Positions 15,001 to 29,670 of a stretch of 64,000 nt of DNA are shown one piece after another. How positions within the stretch are numbered: position 1 is the first letter of the stretch; every line of letters starts with the position of its first letter. The translations under genes and the position numbers were made by a program. The notes below the pieces were generated by a model. It worked only from the letters and a program-made list of their open reading frames with translations. It was not told where the DNA came from and did not search any database. This stretch comes from Eledone cirrhosa (lineage: Eukaryota), in NCBI GenBank assembly GCA_964016885.1, contig OZ024748.1:36642001-36706000 (forward strand), in the 5' to 3' direction.

Positions 15001-18000
15001 AGACCATCCTGCAACTATATCCTGCCTCACAACACATTAGATCATCCTGTAACTATATCCTACCCACAACACATTAGACCATTCTGTAACTATACCTTGC
15101 CTCACAACACATTAGATCATCCTGTAACTATACCCTGCCTCACAACACATTAGACCATTCTGTAAATATACCCTGCCTCACAACATATTAGACCATTCTG
15201 TGACTATAGCCTGTCTCACAACACATTAGACCATTCTGTAACTATACCCTGCCACGTAACACATTAGACCATTCTGTAACTATACCCTACCTCACAACAC
15301 AGACCATCCTATAACTATACCCTGCCTCACAACAGATTAGACCATTCTGTAACTATAGCCTGCCTCAGAACACTTTAGAGCATTCTGTAACTATACCCTG
15401 CCTCACAACACATTAGACCATTCTGTATCTATACCCTGCCTCACAACACATTAGAGCATTCTGTTACTATGCCCTGCCTCACAACACATTACACCATTCT
15501 GTTACTATACCCTGCCTCACAACACATTAGACCATCCTGTAACTCTACCCTGCCTCACAACACATTAGACCATTCTGTAACTATACCCTGCCTCATAACA
15601 CATTACACCATCCTGTAACTATACCCTGCCTCACAAAACATTAGATCATACTGTAACTATATCCTACCCACAACACATTAGACCATTCTGTAACTATACC
15701 TTGCCTCACAACACATTAGATCATCCTGTAACTATACCCTGCCTCACAACACATTAGACCATTCTGTAAATATACCCTGCCTCACAACATATTAGACCAT
15801 TCTGTGACTATACCCTGCCTCACAACACATTAGATCATCCTGTAGCTATATCCTACCCCACAACACATTAGACCATCCTGTAACTATACCCTGGCTCACA
15901 ACACATTAGTCCATCCTGTAACTATATGCGACCCCACAACACATTAGACCATCCTGTAACTATACCCTGCCTCACAACACATTAGACCATTCTGTAACTA
16001 TACCCTGCCTCAAAACACATTAGACTATCCTGTAACTATATCCTACCCCATAACACATTAGACCATCCTGTAGCTATATCCTACCCCACAACACATTAGA
16101 CCATCCTGTAACTATACCCTGCCTCGCAACACATTAGACCATTGTGTAACTATACCCTGCCTCACAACACATTAGATCATCCTGTAACTATACCCTGCCT
16201 CAAAACACATTAGAACATTCTGTAAATATACCCTGCCTCACAACACATTAGACCATCCTGTATATATACCCTGTCTCACAAGACATTAGACCATCCTGTA
16301 ACTATACCCTGCCTGACAACACATTAGACCATTCTGTAATTATAGCCTGCCTCACAACACATTAGACCATCCTGTAACTATATCCTACCCCACAACACAT
16401 TAGACAATTCTGTAACTATACCTTGCCTCACAACACATTAGACCATTCTGTAAATATACCCTGCCTCAAAACACATTAGACTATCCTGTAACTATATCCT
16501 ACACCATAACACATTAAACCATCCTGTAACTATATCCTACCCCACAACACATTAGACCATCCTGTAACTATACTCTACCTCACAACACATTAGATCATCC
16601 TGTAACTATACCCTGCCTCACAACACATTAGACCATTCTGTAAATATACCCTGCCTCACAACACATTAGACCATCCTGTAACTATACCCTGTCTCACAAC
16701 ACATTAGACCATCCTGTAACTATACCCTGCCTGACAACACGTTAGACCATTCTGTAACTATACCCTGCCTCACAACACATTAGACCATCCTGTAACTGTA
16801 TCCTACCCCACAACACATTAGACCATTCTGTAACTATACCTTGCCTAACAACATATTAGATCATCCTGTAACTATTACCTGGCTCACAACACATTAGACC
16901 ATTCTGTATCTATACGCTGCCTCACAACACATTAGACCATTCTGTATCTATACCCTGCCTCACAACACATTAGACCATCCTGTAACTATATCCTACCTCA
17001 CAACACATTAGACCATCCTGTAACTATGCCCTGCCTCACAACACATTAGACCATTCTGTAACTATACCCTGCCTCACAACACATTAGACCATTCTGTAAA
17101 TATACCCTGCCTCACAACACATTAGACCATTCTGTAACTATACCCTGCCTCACAACACATTAGACCATTCTGTAACTATACCCTGCCTCACAACACATTA
17201 GACCATTCTGTAACTATACCCTGCCTCACAACACATTAGACCATTCTGTTACTATACCCTGCCTCACAACACATTAAACCATTCTGTTACTATACCCTGC
17301 CTCACAACACATTAGACCATCCTGTAACTATACCCTGCCTCACAACACATTAGACCATTCTGTAACTATACCCTGCCTCATAACACATTACACCATCCTG
17401 TAACTATACCCTGCCTCACAAAACATTAGACCATCCTGTAACTATATCCTATCCCACAACACATTAGGCCATCCTGTAACTATACCCTGCCTCACAACAC
17501 ATTAGATCATCCTGTAACTATATCCTACCCACAACACATTAGACCATTCTGTAACTATACCTTGCCTCACAACACATTAGATCATCCTGTAACTATACCC
17601 TGCCTCACAACACATTAGACCATTCTGTAAATATACCCTGCCTCACAACATATTAGACCATTCTGTGACTATACCCTGTCTCACAACACATTAGACCATT
17701 CTGTAACTATACCCTGCCACGCAACACATTAGACCATTCTGTAACTATACCCTGCCTCACAACACATTAGACCATCCTGTAACTATACCCTGACTCACAA
17801 CATATTACACCATTCTGTAAATATACCCAGCCTCACAACACAGACCATTCTGTAACCATACACTGCCTCACAACACATTAGACCATTCTGTAACTATACC
17901 CTGCCTCACAACACGTTATATTATCCTGTAACTATACCCTGCCTAACAACACATTAGATCATCCTGTAACTATACCCTGCCTCACAACACTTTAGACCAT

Positions 18001-18030
18001 CCTGCAACTATATCCTGCCTCACAACACAT
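12045..18030. repeat. Tandem HOR, 2 x 2993 bp (79 monomers)
   Basis: GCCACGTAAC at 12258/15251 and ATATGCGACCCC at 12931/15924 are both +2993. 79x38=3002, minus two 35-mers and three 37-mers (9 nt), gives 2993. Confidence 0.9.
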
Positions 18031-21000
18031 TAGACCATTCTGTAACTATACCCTGCCTCACAACACATTAGACCATTCTGTTACTATACCCTGCCTCACA
18101 ACACATTAGACCATTCTGTAACTATACCCCGCCTCACAACACATTAGACCATTCTGTAACTAAACCCTGCCTCACAACACAGACCATCCTATAACTATAC
18201 CCTGCCTCACAACACATTAGACCATTCTGTAACTATAGCCTGCCTCACAACACTTTAGACCATTCTGTAACTATACCCTGCCTCACAACACATTAGACCA
18301 TTCTGTATCTATACCCTGCCTCACAACACATTAGACCATTCTGTTACTATACCCTGCCTCACAACACATTAAACCATTCTGTTACTATACCCTGCCTCAC
18401 AACACATTAGACCATCCTGTAACTATACCCTGCCTCACAACACATTAGACCATTCTGTAACTATACCCTGCCTCATAACACATTACACCATCCTGTAACT
18501 ATACCCTGCCTCACAAAACATTAGACCATCCTGTAACTATATCCTATCCCACAACACATTAGGCCATCCTGTAACTATACCCTGCCTCACAACACATTAG
18601 ATCATCCTGTAACTATATCCTACCCACAACACATTAGACCATTCTGTAACTATACCTTGCCTCACAACACATTAGATCATCCTGTAACAATACCCTGCCT
18701 CACAACACATTAGACCATTCTGTAAATATACCCTGCCTCACAACATATTAGACCATTCTGTGACTATACCCTGTCTCACAACACATTAGACCATTCTGTA
18801 TCTATACCCTGCCACGCAACACATTAGACCATTCTGTAACTATACCCTGCCTCACAACACAGACCATCCTATAACTATACCCTGCCTCACAACACATTAG
18901 ACCATTCTGTAACTATAGCCTGCCTCAGAACACTTTAGACCATTCTGTAACTATACCCTGCCTCACAACACATTAGACCATTCTGTATCTATACCCTGCC
19001 TCACAACACATTAGAGCATTCTGTTACTATGCCCTGCCTCACAACACATTACACCATTCTGTTACTATACCCTGCCTCACAACACATTAGACCATCCTGT
19101 AACTCTACCCTGCCTCACAACACATTAGACCATTCTGTAACTATACCCTGCCTCATAACACATTACACCATCCTGTAACTATACCCTGCATCACAAAACA
19201 TTAGATCATACTGTAACTATATCCTACCCACAACACATTAGACCATTCTGTAACTATACCTTGCCTCACAACACATTAGATCATCCTGTAACTATACCCT
19301 GCCTCACAACACATTAGACCATTCTGTAAATATACCCTGCCTCACAACATATTAGACCATTCTGTGACTATACCCTGCCTCACAACACATTAGATCATCC
19401 TGTAGCTATATCCTACCCCACAACACATTAGACCATCCTGTAACTATACCCTGGCTCACAACACATTAGTCCATCCTGTAACTATATGCGACCCCACAAC
19501 ACATTAGACCATCCTGTAACTATACCCTGCTTCACAACACATTAGACCATTCTGTAACTATACCCTGCCTCAAAACACATTAGACTATCCTGTAACTATA
19601 TCCTACCCCATAACACATTAGACCATCCTGTAGCTATATCCTACCCCATAACACATTAGACCATCCTGTAGCTATATCCTACCCCACAACACATTAGACC
19701 ATCCTGTAACTATACCCTGCCTCGCAACACATTAGACCATTGTGTAACTATACCCTGCCTCACAACACATTAGATCATCCTGTAACTATACCCTGCCTCA
19801 AAACACATTAGAACATTCTGTAAATATACCCTGCCTCACAACACATTAGACCATCCTGTATATATACACTGTCTCACAAGACATTAGACCATCCTGTAAC
19901 TATACCCTGCCTGACAACACATTAGACCATTCTGTAATTATAGCCTGCCTCACAACACATTAGACCATCCTGTAACTATATCCTACCCCACAACACATTA
20001 GACAATTCTGTAACTATACCTTGCCTCACAACACATTAGACCATTCTGTAAATATACCCTGCCTCAAAACACATTAGACTATCCTGTAATTATATCCTAC
20101 ACCATAACACATTAAACCATCCTGTAACTATATCCTACCCCACAACACATTAGACCATCCTGTAACTATACTATACCTCACAACACATTAGATCATCCTG
20201 TAACTATACCCTGCCTCACAACACATTAGACCATTCTGTAAATATACCCTGCCTCACAACACATTAGACCATCCTGTAACTATACCCTGCCTGACAACAC
20301 GTTAGACCATTCTGTAATTATACCCTGCCTCACAACACATTAGACCATCCTGTAACTATATCCTACCCCACAACACATTAGACCATTCTGTAACTATACC
20401 TTGCCTCACAACATATTAGATCATCCTGTAACTATTACCTGGCTCACAACACATTAGACCATTCAGTATCTATACGCTGCCTCACAACACATTAGACCAT
20501 TCTGTATCTATACCCTGCCTCACAACACATTAGACCATCCTGTAACTATATCCTACCTCACAACACATTAGACCATCCTGTAACTATGCCCTGCCTCACA
20601 ACACATTAGACCATTCTGTAACTATACCCTGCCTCACAACACATTAGACCATCCTGTAACTATATCCTACCCCACAACACATTAGACAATTCTGTAACTA
20701 TACCTTGCCTCACAACACATTAGACCATTCTGTAAATATACCCTGCCTCAAAACACATTAGACTATCCTGTAACTATATCCTACACCATAACACATTAAA
20801 CCATCCTGTAACTATATCCTACCCCACAACACATTAGACCATCCTGTAACTATACTCTACCTCACAACACATTAGATCATCCTGTAACTATACCCTGCCT
20901 CACAACACATTAGACCATTCTGTAAATATACCCTGCCTCACAACACATTAGACCATCCTGTAACTATACCCTGTCTCACAACACATTAGACCATCCTGTA

Positions 21001-21989
21001 ACTATACCCTGCCTGACAACACGTTAGACCATTCTGTAACTATACCCTGCCTCACAACACATTAGACCATCCTGTAACTGTATCCTACCCCACAACACAT
21101 TAGACCATTCTGTAACTATACCTTGCCTAACAACATATTAGATCATCCTGTAACTATTACCTGGCTCACAACACATTAGACCATTCTGTATCTATACGCT
21201 GCCTCACAACACATTAGACCATTCTGTATCTATACCCTGCCTCACAACACATTAGACCATCCTGTAACTATATCCTACCTCACAACACATTAGACCATCC
21301 TGTAACTATGCCCTGCCTCACAACACATTAGACCATTCTGTAACTATACCCTGCCTCACAACACATTAGACCATTCTGTAAATATACCCTGCCTCACAAC
21401 ACATTAGACCATTCTGTAACTATACCCTGCCTCACAACACATTAGACCATTCTGTAACTATACCCTGCCTCACAACACATTAGACCATTCTGTAACTATA
21501 CCCTGCCTCACAACACATTAGACCATTCTGTTACTATACCCTGCCTCACAACACATTAAACCATTCTGTTACTATACCCTGCCTCACAACACATTAGACC
21601 ATCCTGTAACTATACCCTGCCTCACAACACATTAGACCATTCTGTAACTATACCCTGCCTCATAACACATTACACCATCCTGTAACTATACCCTGCCTCA
21701 CAAAACATTAGACCATCCTGTAACTATATCCTATCCCACAACACATTAGGCCATCCTGTAACTATACCCTGCCTCACAACACATTAGATCATCCTGTAAC
21801 TATATCCTACCCACAACACATTAGACCATTCTGTAACTATACCTTGCCTCACAACACATTAGATCATCCTGTAACTATACCCTGCCTCACAACACATTAG
21901 ACCATTCTGTAAATATACCCTGCCTCACAACATATTAGACCATTCTGTGACTATACCCTGTCTCACAACACATTAGACCATTCTGTAAC

Positions 21990-24140
21990 TATACCCTGCC
22001 ACGCAACACATTAGACCATTCTGTAACTATACCCTGCCTCACAACACATTAGACCATCCTGTAACTATACCCTGACTCACAACATATTACACCATTCTGT
22101 AAATATACCCAGCCTCACAACACAGACCATTCTGTAACCATACACTGCCTCACAACACATTAGACCATTCTGTAACTATACCCTGCCTCACAACACGTTA
22201 TATTATCCTGTAACTATGCCCTGCCTAACAACACATTAGATCATCCTGTAACTATACCCTGCCTCACAACACTTTAGACCATCCTGCAACTATACCCTGC
22301 CTCACAACACATTAGACCATTCTGTAACTATACCCTGCCTCACAACACATTAGACCATTCTGTAACTATACCCCGCCTCACAACACATTAGACCATTCTG
22401 TAACTAAACCCTGCCTCACAACACAGACCATCCTATAACTATACCCTGCCTCACAACACATTAGACCATTCTGTAACTATAGCCTGCCTCACAACACTTT
22501 AGACCATTCTGTAACTATACCCTGCCTCACAAAACATTAGACCATTCTGTATCTATACCCTGCCTCACAACACATTAGACCATTCTGTTACTATACCCTG
22601 CCTCACAACACATTAAACCATTCTGTTACTATACCCTGCCTCACAACACATTAGACCATCCTGTAACTATACCCTGCCTCACAACACATTAGACCATTCT
22701 GTAACTATACCCTGCCTCATAACACATTACACCATCCTGTAACTATACCCTGCCTCACAAAACATTAGACCATCCTGTAACTATATCCTATCCCACAACA
22801 CATTAGGCCATCCTGTAACTATACCCTGCCTCACAACACATTAGATCATCCTGTAACTATATCCTACCCACAACACATTAGACCATTCTGTAACTATACC
22901 TTGCCTCACAACACATTAGATCATCCTGTAACAATACCCTGCCTCACAACACATTAGACCATTCTGTAAATATACCCTGCCTCACAACATATTAGACCAT
23001 TCTGTGACTATACCCTGTCTCACAACACATTAGACCATTCTGTAACTATACCCTGCCACGCAACACATTAGACCATTCTGTAACTATACCCTGCCTCACA
23101 ACACATTAGACCATCCTGTAACTATACCCTGACTCACAACATATTACACCATTCTGTAAATATACCCAGCCTCACAACACAGACCATTCTGTAACCATAC
23201 ACTGCCTCACAACACATTAGACCATTCTGTAACTATACCCTGCCTCACAACACGTTATATTATCCTGTAACTATGCCCTGCCTAACAACACATTAGATCA
23301 TCCTGTAACTATACCCTGCCTCACAACACTTTAGACCATCCTGCAACTATACCCTGCCTCACAACACATTAGACCATTCTGTAACTATACCCTGCCTCAC
23401 AACACATTAGACCATTCTGTAACTATACCCCGCCTCACAACACATTAGACCATTCTGTAACTAAACCCTGCCTCACAACACAGACCATCCTATAACTATA
23501 CCCTGCCTCACAACACATTAGACCATTCTGTAACTATAGCCTGCCTCACAACACTTTAGACCATTCTGTAACTATACCCTGCCTCACAACACATTAGACC
23601 ATTCTGTATCTATACCCTGCCTCACAACACATTAGACCATTCTGTTACTATACCCTGCCTCACAACACATTAAACCATTCTGTTACTATACCCTGCCTCA
23701 CAACACATTAGACCATCCTGTAACTATACCCTGCCTCACAACACATTAGACCATTCTGTAACTATACCCTGCCTCATAACACATTACACCATCCTGTAAC
23801 TATACTCTGCCTCACAAAACATTAGACCATCCTGTAACTATATCCTATCCCACAACACATTAGGCCATCCTGTAACTATACCCTGCCTCACAACACATTA
23901 GATCATCCTGTAACTATATCCTACCCACAACACATTAGACCATTCTGTAACTATACCTTGCCTCACAACACATTAGATCATCCTGTAACAATACCCTGCC
24001 TCACAACACATTAGACCATTCTGTAAATATACCCTGCCTCACAACATATTAGACCATTCTGTGACTATACCCTGTCTCACAACACATTAGACCATTCTGT
24101 AACTATACCCTGCCACGCAACACATTAGACCATTCTGTAA
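21990..24140. repeat. Tandem duplication, 2 x 1057 bp (28 monomers)
   Basis: TATGCCCTGCCTAAC at 22215/23272 and TACACTGCC (after GTAACCA) at 22141/23198 are both +1057. 28x38=1064, minus 7 nt (two 35-mers and one 37-mer), gives 1057. Confidence 0.85.
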
Positions 24141-26959
24141 CTATACCCTGCCTCACAACACAGACCATCCTATAACTATACCCTGCCTCACAACACATTA
24201 GACCATTCTGTAACTATAGCCTGCCTCAGAACACTTTAGACCATTCTGTAACTATACCCTGCCTCACAACACATTAGACCATTCTGTATCTATACCCTGC
24301 CTCACAACACATTAGAGCATTCTGTTACTATGCCCTGCCTCACAACACATTACACCATTCTGTTACTATACCCTGCCTCACAACACATTAGACCATCCTG
24401 TAACTCTACCCTGCCTCACAACACATTAGACCATTCTGTAACTATACCCTGCCTCATAACACATTACACCTTCCTGTAACTATACCCTGCATCACAAAAC
24501 ATTAGATCATACTGTAACTATATCCTACCCACAACACATTAGACCATTCTGTAACTATACCTTGCCTCACAACACATTAGATCATCCTGTAACTATACCC
24601 TGCCTCACAACACATTAGACCATTCTGTAAATATACCCTGCCTCACAACATATTAGACCATTCTGTGACTATACCCTGCCTCACAACACATTAGATCATC
24701 CTGTAGCTATATCCTACCCCACAACACATTAGACCATCCTGTAACTATACCCTGGCTCACAACACATTAGTCCATCCTGTAACTATATGCGACCCCACAA
24801 CACATTAGACCATCCTGTAACTATACCCTGCTTCACAACACATTAGACCATTCTGTAACTATACCCTGCCTCAAAACACATTAGACTATCATGTAACTAT
24901 ATCCTACCCCATAACACATTAGACCATCCTGTAGCTATATCCTACCCCACAACACATTAGACCATCCTGTAACTATACCCTGCCTCGCAACACATTAGAC
25001 CATTGTGTAACTATACCCTGCCTCACAACACATTAGATCATCCTGTAACTATACCCTGCCTCAAAACACATTAGAACATTCTGTAAATATACCCTGCCTC
25101 ACAACACATTAGACCATCCTGTATATATACCCTGTCTCACAAGACATTAGACCATCCTGTAACTATACCCTGCCTGACAACACATTAGACCATTCTGTAA
25201 TTATAGCCTGCCTCACAACACATTAGACCATCCTGTAACTATATCCTACCCCACAACACATTAGACAATTCTGTAACTATACCTTGCCTCACAACACATT
25301 AGACCATTCTGTAAATATACCCTGCCTCAAAACACATTAGACTATCCTGTAATTATATCCTACACCATAACACATTAAACCATCCTGTAACTATATCCTA
25401 CCCCACAACACATTAGACCATCCTGTAACTATACTCTACCTCACAACACATTAGATCATCCTGTAACTATACCCTGCCGCACAACACATTAGACCATTCT
25501 GTAAATATACCCTGCCTCACAACACATTAGACCATCCTGTAACTATACCCTGCCTGACAACACGTTAGACCATTCTGTAACTATACCCTGCCTCACAACA
25601 CATTAGACCATCCTGTAACTATATCCTACCCCACAACACATTAGACCATTCTGTAACTATACCTTGCCTCACAACATATTAGATCATCCTGTAACTATTA
25701 CCTGGCTCACAACACATTAGACCATTCAGTATCTATACGCTGCCTCACAACACATTAGACCATTCTGTATCTATACCCTGCCTCACAACACATTAGACCA
25801 TCCTGTAACTATATCCTACCTCACAACACATTAGACCATCCTGTAACTATGCCCTGTCTCACAACACATTAGACCATTCTGTAACTATACCCTGCCTCAC
25901 AACACATTAGACCATTCTGTAAATATACCCTGCCTCCCAACACATTAGACCATTCTGTAACTATACCCTGCCTCCCAACACATTAGACCATTCTGTTACT
26001 ATACCCTGCCTCACAACACATTAGATCATCCTGTAACTATACCCTGTCACACAACACATTAGACCATCCTGTAACTATACCCTGTCTCACAACACATTAA
26101 ACCATTCTGTAACTATACCCTGCCTCACAACACATTAGACCATTCTGTAACTATACCCTGCCTCATAACACATTAGACCATCCTGTAACTATACCCTGCC
26201 TCACAAAACATTAGACCATCCTGTAACAATATCCTATCCCACAACACAATAGACCATCCTGCAACTATACCCTTCCTCACAACGCATTAGACTATTCTGT
26301 AACTATAACCTGCCTCACAACACAATAGACTATCATGTAACTATACACTGCCTCCCAACACATTAGGCCATCCTGTAACTATATCCTACCTAAAACACAT
26401 TAGACCATCCTGTAACTATACCCTGCCTCACAACACATTACACTATTCTGTAACCATACCCTGCCTCACAACACATTAACCATTCTGTAACTATACCCTG
26501 CCTCACAACACATTAGACAATTCTGTAACTATACCCTGCCTCACAACACATTAGACCATTCTGTTACTAAACCCTGTCTCACAACACATTAGACCATCCT
26601 GTAACTATACTCTGCGTCACAACACATTAGACCATTCTGTAACTATACCCTACCTCATAACACATTAGACCATCCTGTAACTATACCCTGCCTCACAAAA
26701 CATTAGACCATCCTGTAACTATATCCTATCCTACAACACATTAGACCATTCTGTAACTATAGCCTGCCTCACAACACTTTAGACCATTCTGTAACTATAC
26801 CCTGCCTCACAACACATTAGACCATTCTGTATCTATACCCTGCCTCACAACACATTAGACCATTCTGTTACTATACCCTGCCTCACAACACATTAAACCA
26901 TTCTGTTACTATACCCTGCCTCACAACACATTAGACCATCCTGTAACTATACCCTGCCT

Positions 26960-29670
26960 CACAACACATTAGACCATTCTGTAACTATACCCTGCCTCAT
27001 AACACATTACACCATCCTGTAACTATACCCTGCCTCACAAAACATTAGACCATCCTGTAACTATATCCTATCCCACAACACATTAGGCCATCCTGTAACT
27101 ATACCCTGCCTCACAACACATTAGATCATCCTGTAACTATATCCTACCCACAACACATTAGACCATTCTGTAACTATACCTTGCCTCACAACACATTAGA
27201 TCATCCTGTAACTATACCCTGCCTCACAACACATTAGACCATTCTGTAAATATACCCTGCCTCACAACATATTAGACCATTCTGTGACTATACCCTGTCT
27301 CACAACACATTAGACCATTCTGTAACTATACCCTGCCACGCAACACATTAGACCATTCTGTAATTATACCCTGCCTCACAACACAGACCATCCTATAACT
27401 ATACCCTGCCTCACAACACATTAGACCATTCTGTAACTATAGCCTGCCTCAGAACACTTTAGACCATTCTGTAACTATACCCTGCCTCACAACACATTAG
27501 ACCATTCTGTATCTATACCCTGCCTCACAACACATTAGAGCATTCTGTTACTATGCCCTGCCTCACAACACATTACACCATTCTGTTACTATACCCTGCC
27601 TCACAACACATTAGACCATCCTGTAACTCTACCCTGCCTCACCACACATTAGACCATTCTGTAACTATACCCTGCCTCATAACACATTACACCATCCTGT
27701 AACTATACCCTGCCTCACAAAACATTAGATCATACTGTAACTATATCCTACCCACAACACATTAGACCATTCTGTAACTATACCTTGCCTCACAACACAT
27801 TAGATCATCCTGTGACTATACCCTGCCTCACAACACATTAGACCATCCTGTAAATATATCCTACCTCACAACACATTAGACGATCCTGTAACTATACCCT
27901 GCTTCACAAAACATTAGACCATTCTGTAATTATACCCTGCCTCACAAGACATTAGACCATCCTGTACCTATAGCCTGACTCACAACACATTAGACCATCC
28001 TGTAACTATATCCTACCCACAACACATTAGACCATTCTGTAAATATACCTTGCCTCACAACACATTAGATCATCCTGTAACTATATCCTACCCACAACAC
28101 ATTAGACCATTCTGTAACTATACCTTGCCTCACAACACATTAGATCATCCTGTAACTATACCCTGCCTCACAACACATTACACCATTCTGTAAATATTCC
28201 CTGCTTCACAACATATTAGACCATTCTGTGACTATACCCTGCCTCACAACACATTAGATCATCCTGTAACTATACCCTGCCTCACAACACATTAGACTAT
28301 TCTGTAACTATACCCTGGCTCACAACAGATTAGTCCATCCTGTAACTATACCCTGCCTCACAACACATTAGACCATTCTGTAACTATACCCTGCCTCATA
28401 ACACATTACACCATCCTGTAACTATACCCTGCCTCACAAACATTAGACCATCTGTAACTATATCCTATCCCACAACACATTAGGCCATCCTGTAACTATA
28501 CCCTGCCTCACAACACATTAGATCATCCTGTAACTATATCCTACCCACAACACATTAGACCATTCTGTAACTATACCTTGCCTCACAACACATTAGATCA
28601 TCCTGTAACTATACCCTGCCTCACAACACATTAGACAATTCTGTAAATATACCCTGCCTCACAACATATTAGACCATTCTGTGACTATACCCTGTCTCAC
28701 AACACATTAGACCATTCTGTAACTATACCCTGCCACGCAACACATTAGACCATTCTGTAACTATACCCTGCCTCACAACACAGACCATCCTATAACTATA
28801 CCCTGCCTCACATCACATTAGACCATTCTGTAACTATAGCCTGCCTCAGAACACTTTAGACCATTCTGTAACTATACCCTGCCTCACAACACATTAGACC
28901 ATTCTGTATCTATACCCTGCCTCACAACACATTAGAGCATTCTGTTACTATGCCCTGCCTCACAACACATTACACCATTCTGTTACTATACCCTGCCTCA
29001 CAACACATTAGACCATCCTGTAACTCTACCCTGCCTCACAACACATTAGACCATTCTGTAACTATACCCTGCCTCATAACACATTACACCATCCTGTAAC
29101 TATACCCTGCCTCACAAAACATTAGATCATACTGTAACTATATCCTACCCACAACACATTAGACCATTCTGTAACTATACCTTGCCTCACAACACATTAG
29201 ATCATACTGTAACTGTACCCTGCCTCACAACACATTAGACCATCCTGTAAATATATCCTACCTCACAACACATTAGACGATCCTGTAACTATACCCTGCT
29301 TCACAAAACATTAGACCATTCTGTAATTATACCCTGCCTCACAAGACATTAGACCATCCTGTACCTATAGCCTGACTCACAACACATTAGACCATCCTGT
29401 AACTATATCCTACCCACAACACATTAGACCATTCTGTAAATATACCTTGCCTCACAACACATTAGATCATCCTGTAACTATATCCTACCCACAACACATT
29501 AGACCATTCTGTAACTATACCTTGCCTCACAACACATTAGATCATCCTGTAACTATACCCTGCCTCACAACACATTACACCATTCTGTAAATATTCCCTG
29601 CTTCACAACATATTAGACCATTCTGTGACTATACCCTGCCTCACAACACATTAGATCATCCTGTAACTAT
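26960..29670. repeat. Near-tandem duplication, period about 1.4 kb (about 37 monomers)
   Basis: CGATCCTG occurs at 27881/29278 (+1397). In both copies it is followed by the same variant series: GCTTCACAAAAC, CACAAGAC, GTACCTATAGCCTGAC, AAATATTCCC. Confidence 0.75.

Noticed and set aside
26300-26309. TAACTATAAC, matching the start of the I-CeuI / LSU rRNA motif
   Set aside because: It is only 10 nt, arises from one substitution in the monomer, and the rest of the site and any rRNA context are absent.
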